In this document: positions 8,476 to 10,764 of the stretch, piece after piece
Layout: each line of letters opens with the position of its first letter
How positions within the stretch are numbered: the stretch's first letter is position 1
Source of the DNA: Eledone cirrhosa
Lineage: Eukaryota
NCBI GenBank assembly: GCA_964016885.1
Contig: CAXHJY010000676.1
Span: forward strand, 1 to 10,764
Direction: 5' to 3'
Length of the DNA: 10,764 bases
Notes under the pieces: generated by a model
Database searches by the model: none
Seen by the model: only the letters and a program-made list of their open reading frames with translations
What the model was told of the DNA's origin: nothing
Translations under genes and position numbers: made by a program

Positions 8476-9002
8476 TAGGGACATAGCTACGCTGCGAAGC
8501 TTGATATCAAAAGATAAAATCAACCTCTAAAGTCAACTCAATATATATACTTTGTTAAACCACATGTCAGAAAGATATTCTTTTCAGCACAAATGTTTAA
8601 AGAATGTGCACTAAACTTAATATATGATCATCTACGGTAAATGGATTATTGTTGCCACGGTATATTAACTGGCAATAAGGAATCGAAATAATAATAGACA
8701 GTGCTGCTCAAATATAGGAATTCCACACCCAACATTTATTGTAAACATTTATCGTGAAATATAACATATTTTCTGCAACTGTAATTCTACAGCACTGATT
8801 TATTTGCTACTCAAATGTTTCTTGTATAAAAACGAAGTAAAAGTAAATTGTATGTAGGCACATTAAATTTTATATGGAAAAAATAAACGTGTATAATGAG
8901 AAAGTGTTAAACACTTTACATATTACAAATGTTGAGTGAACATTTGTCAAAATTGATGTTACAGATCCATTTAAAATAACTCGTGGACGAACTCACACCG
9001 AC

Positions 9003-10697
<1,695 letters not shown>

Positions 10698-10764
10698 TAA
10701 CGAAGGAAATGTGGTAAGGAACCATATGGACCATAACGCACCAAAATACTCAATGCTCAGTCTG
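10698..10764. mobile_element. Interspersed-repeat terminus abutting the TA array (copy 2; runs off the window)
   Basis: 54/60 identity to 1352-1411. Confidence 0.7.

Overview
Eukaryotic, very AT-rich, microsatellite-dense non-coding window; the repeat style suggests an octopus/cephalopod genome (inferred). I found no credible host gene, and nearly all track ORFs are (TA)n/(TG)n artefacts. The unique blocks between the arrays are mostly retroelement remnants. The main feature is a perfect 519-bp palindrome (2645-3163; 259-bp arms, 1-nt centre) set between (TA)n tracts. Each arm carries a type I hammerhead ribozyme fold, consistent with a head-to-head Penelope-like (PLE) pLTR hairpin. The window also holds: a second, unrelated PLE-like 3' remnant (GIY-YIG C-terminal motif plus variant hammerhead, ~1061-1307); a 5'-truncated, frameshifted R4/Dong-type RLE retrotransposon (- strand, ~3774-4577); an RTE-like short element with a zinc-finger remnant and (TATG)n tail (4591-5080); SINE-like fragments; two copies of a (TA)n-abutting 60-bp terminus; and a 1.7-kb G-punctuated (TA)n array.
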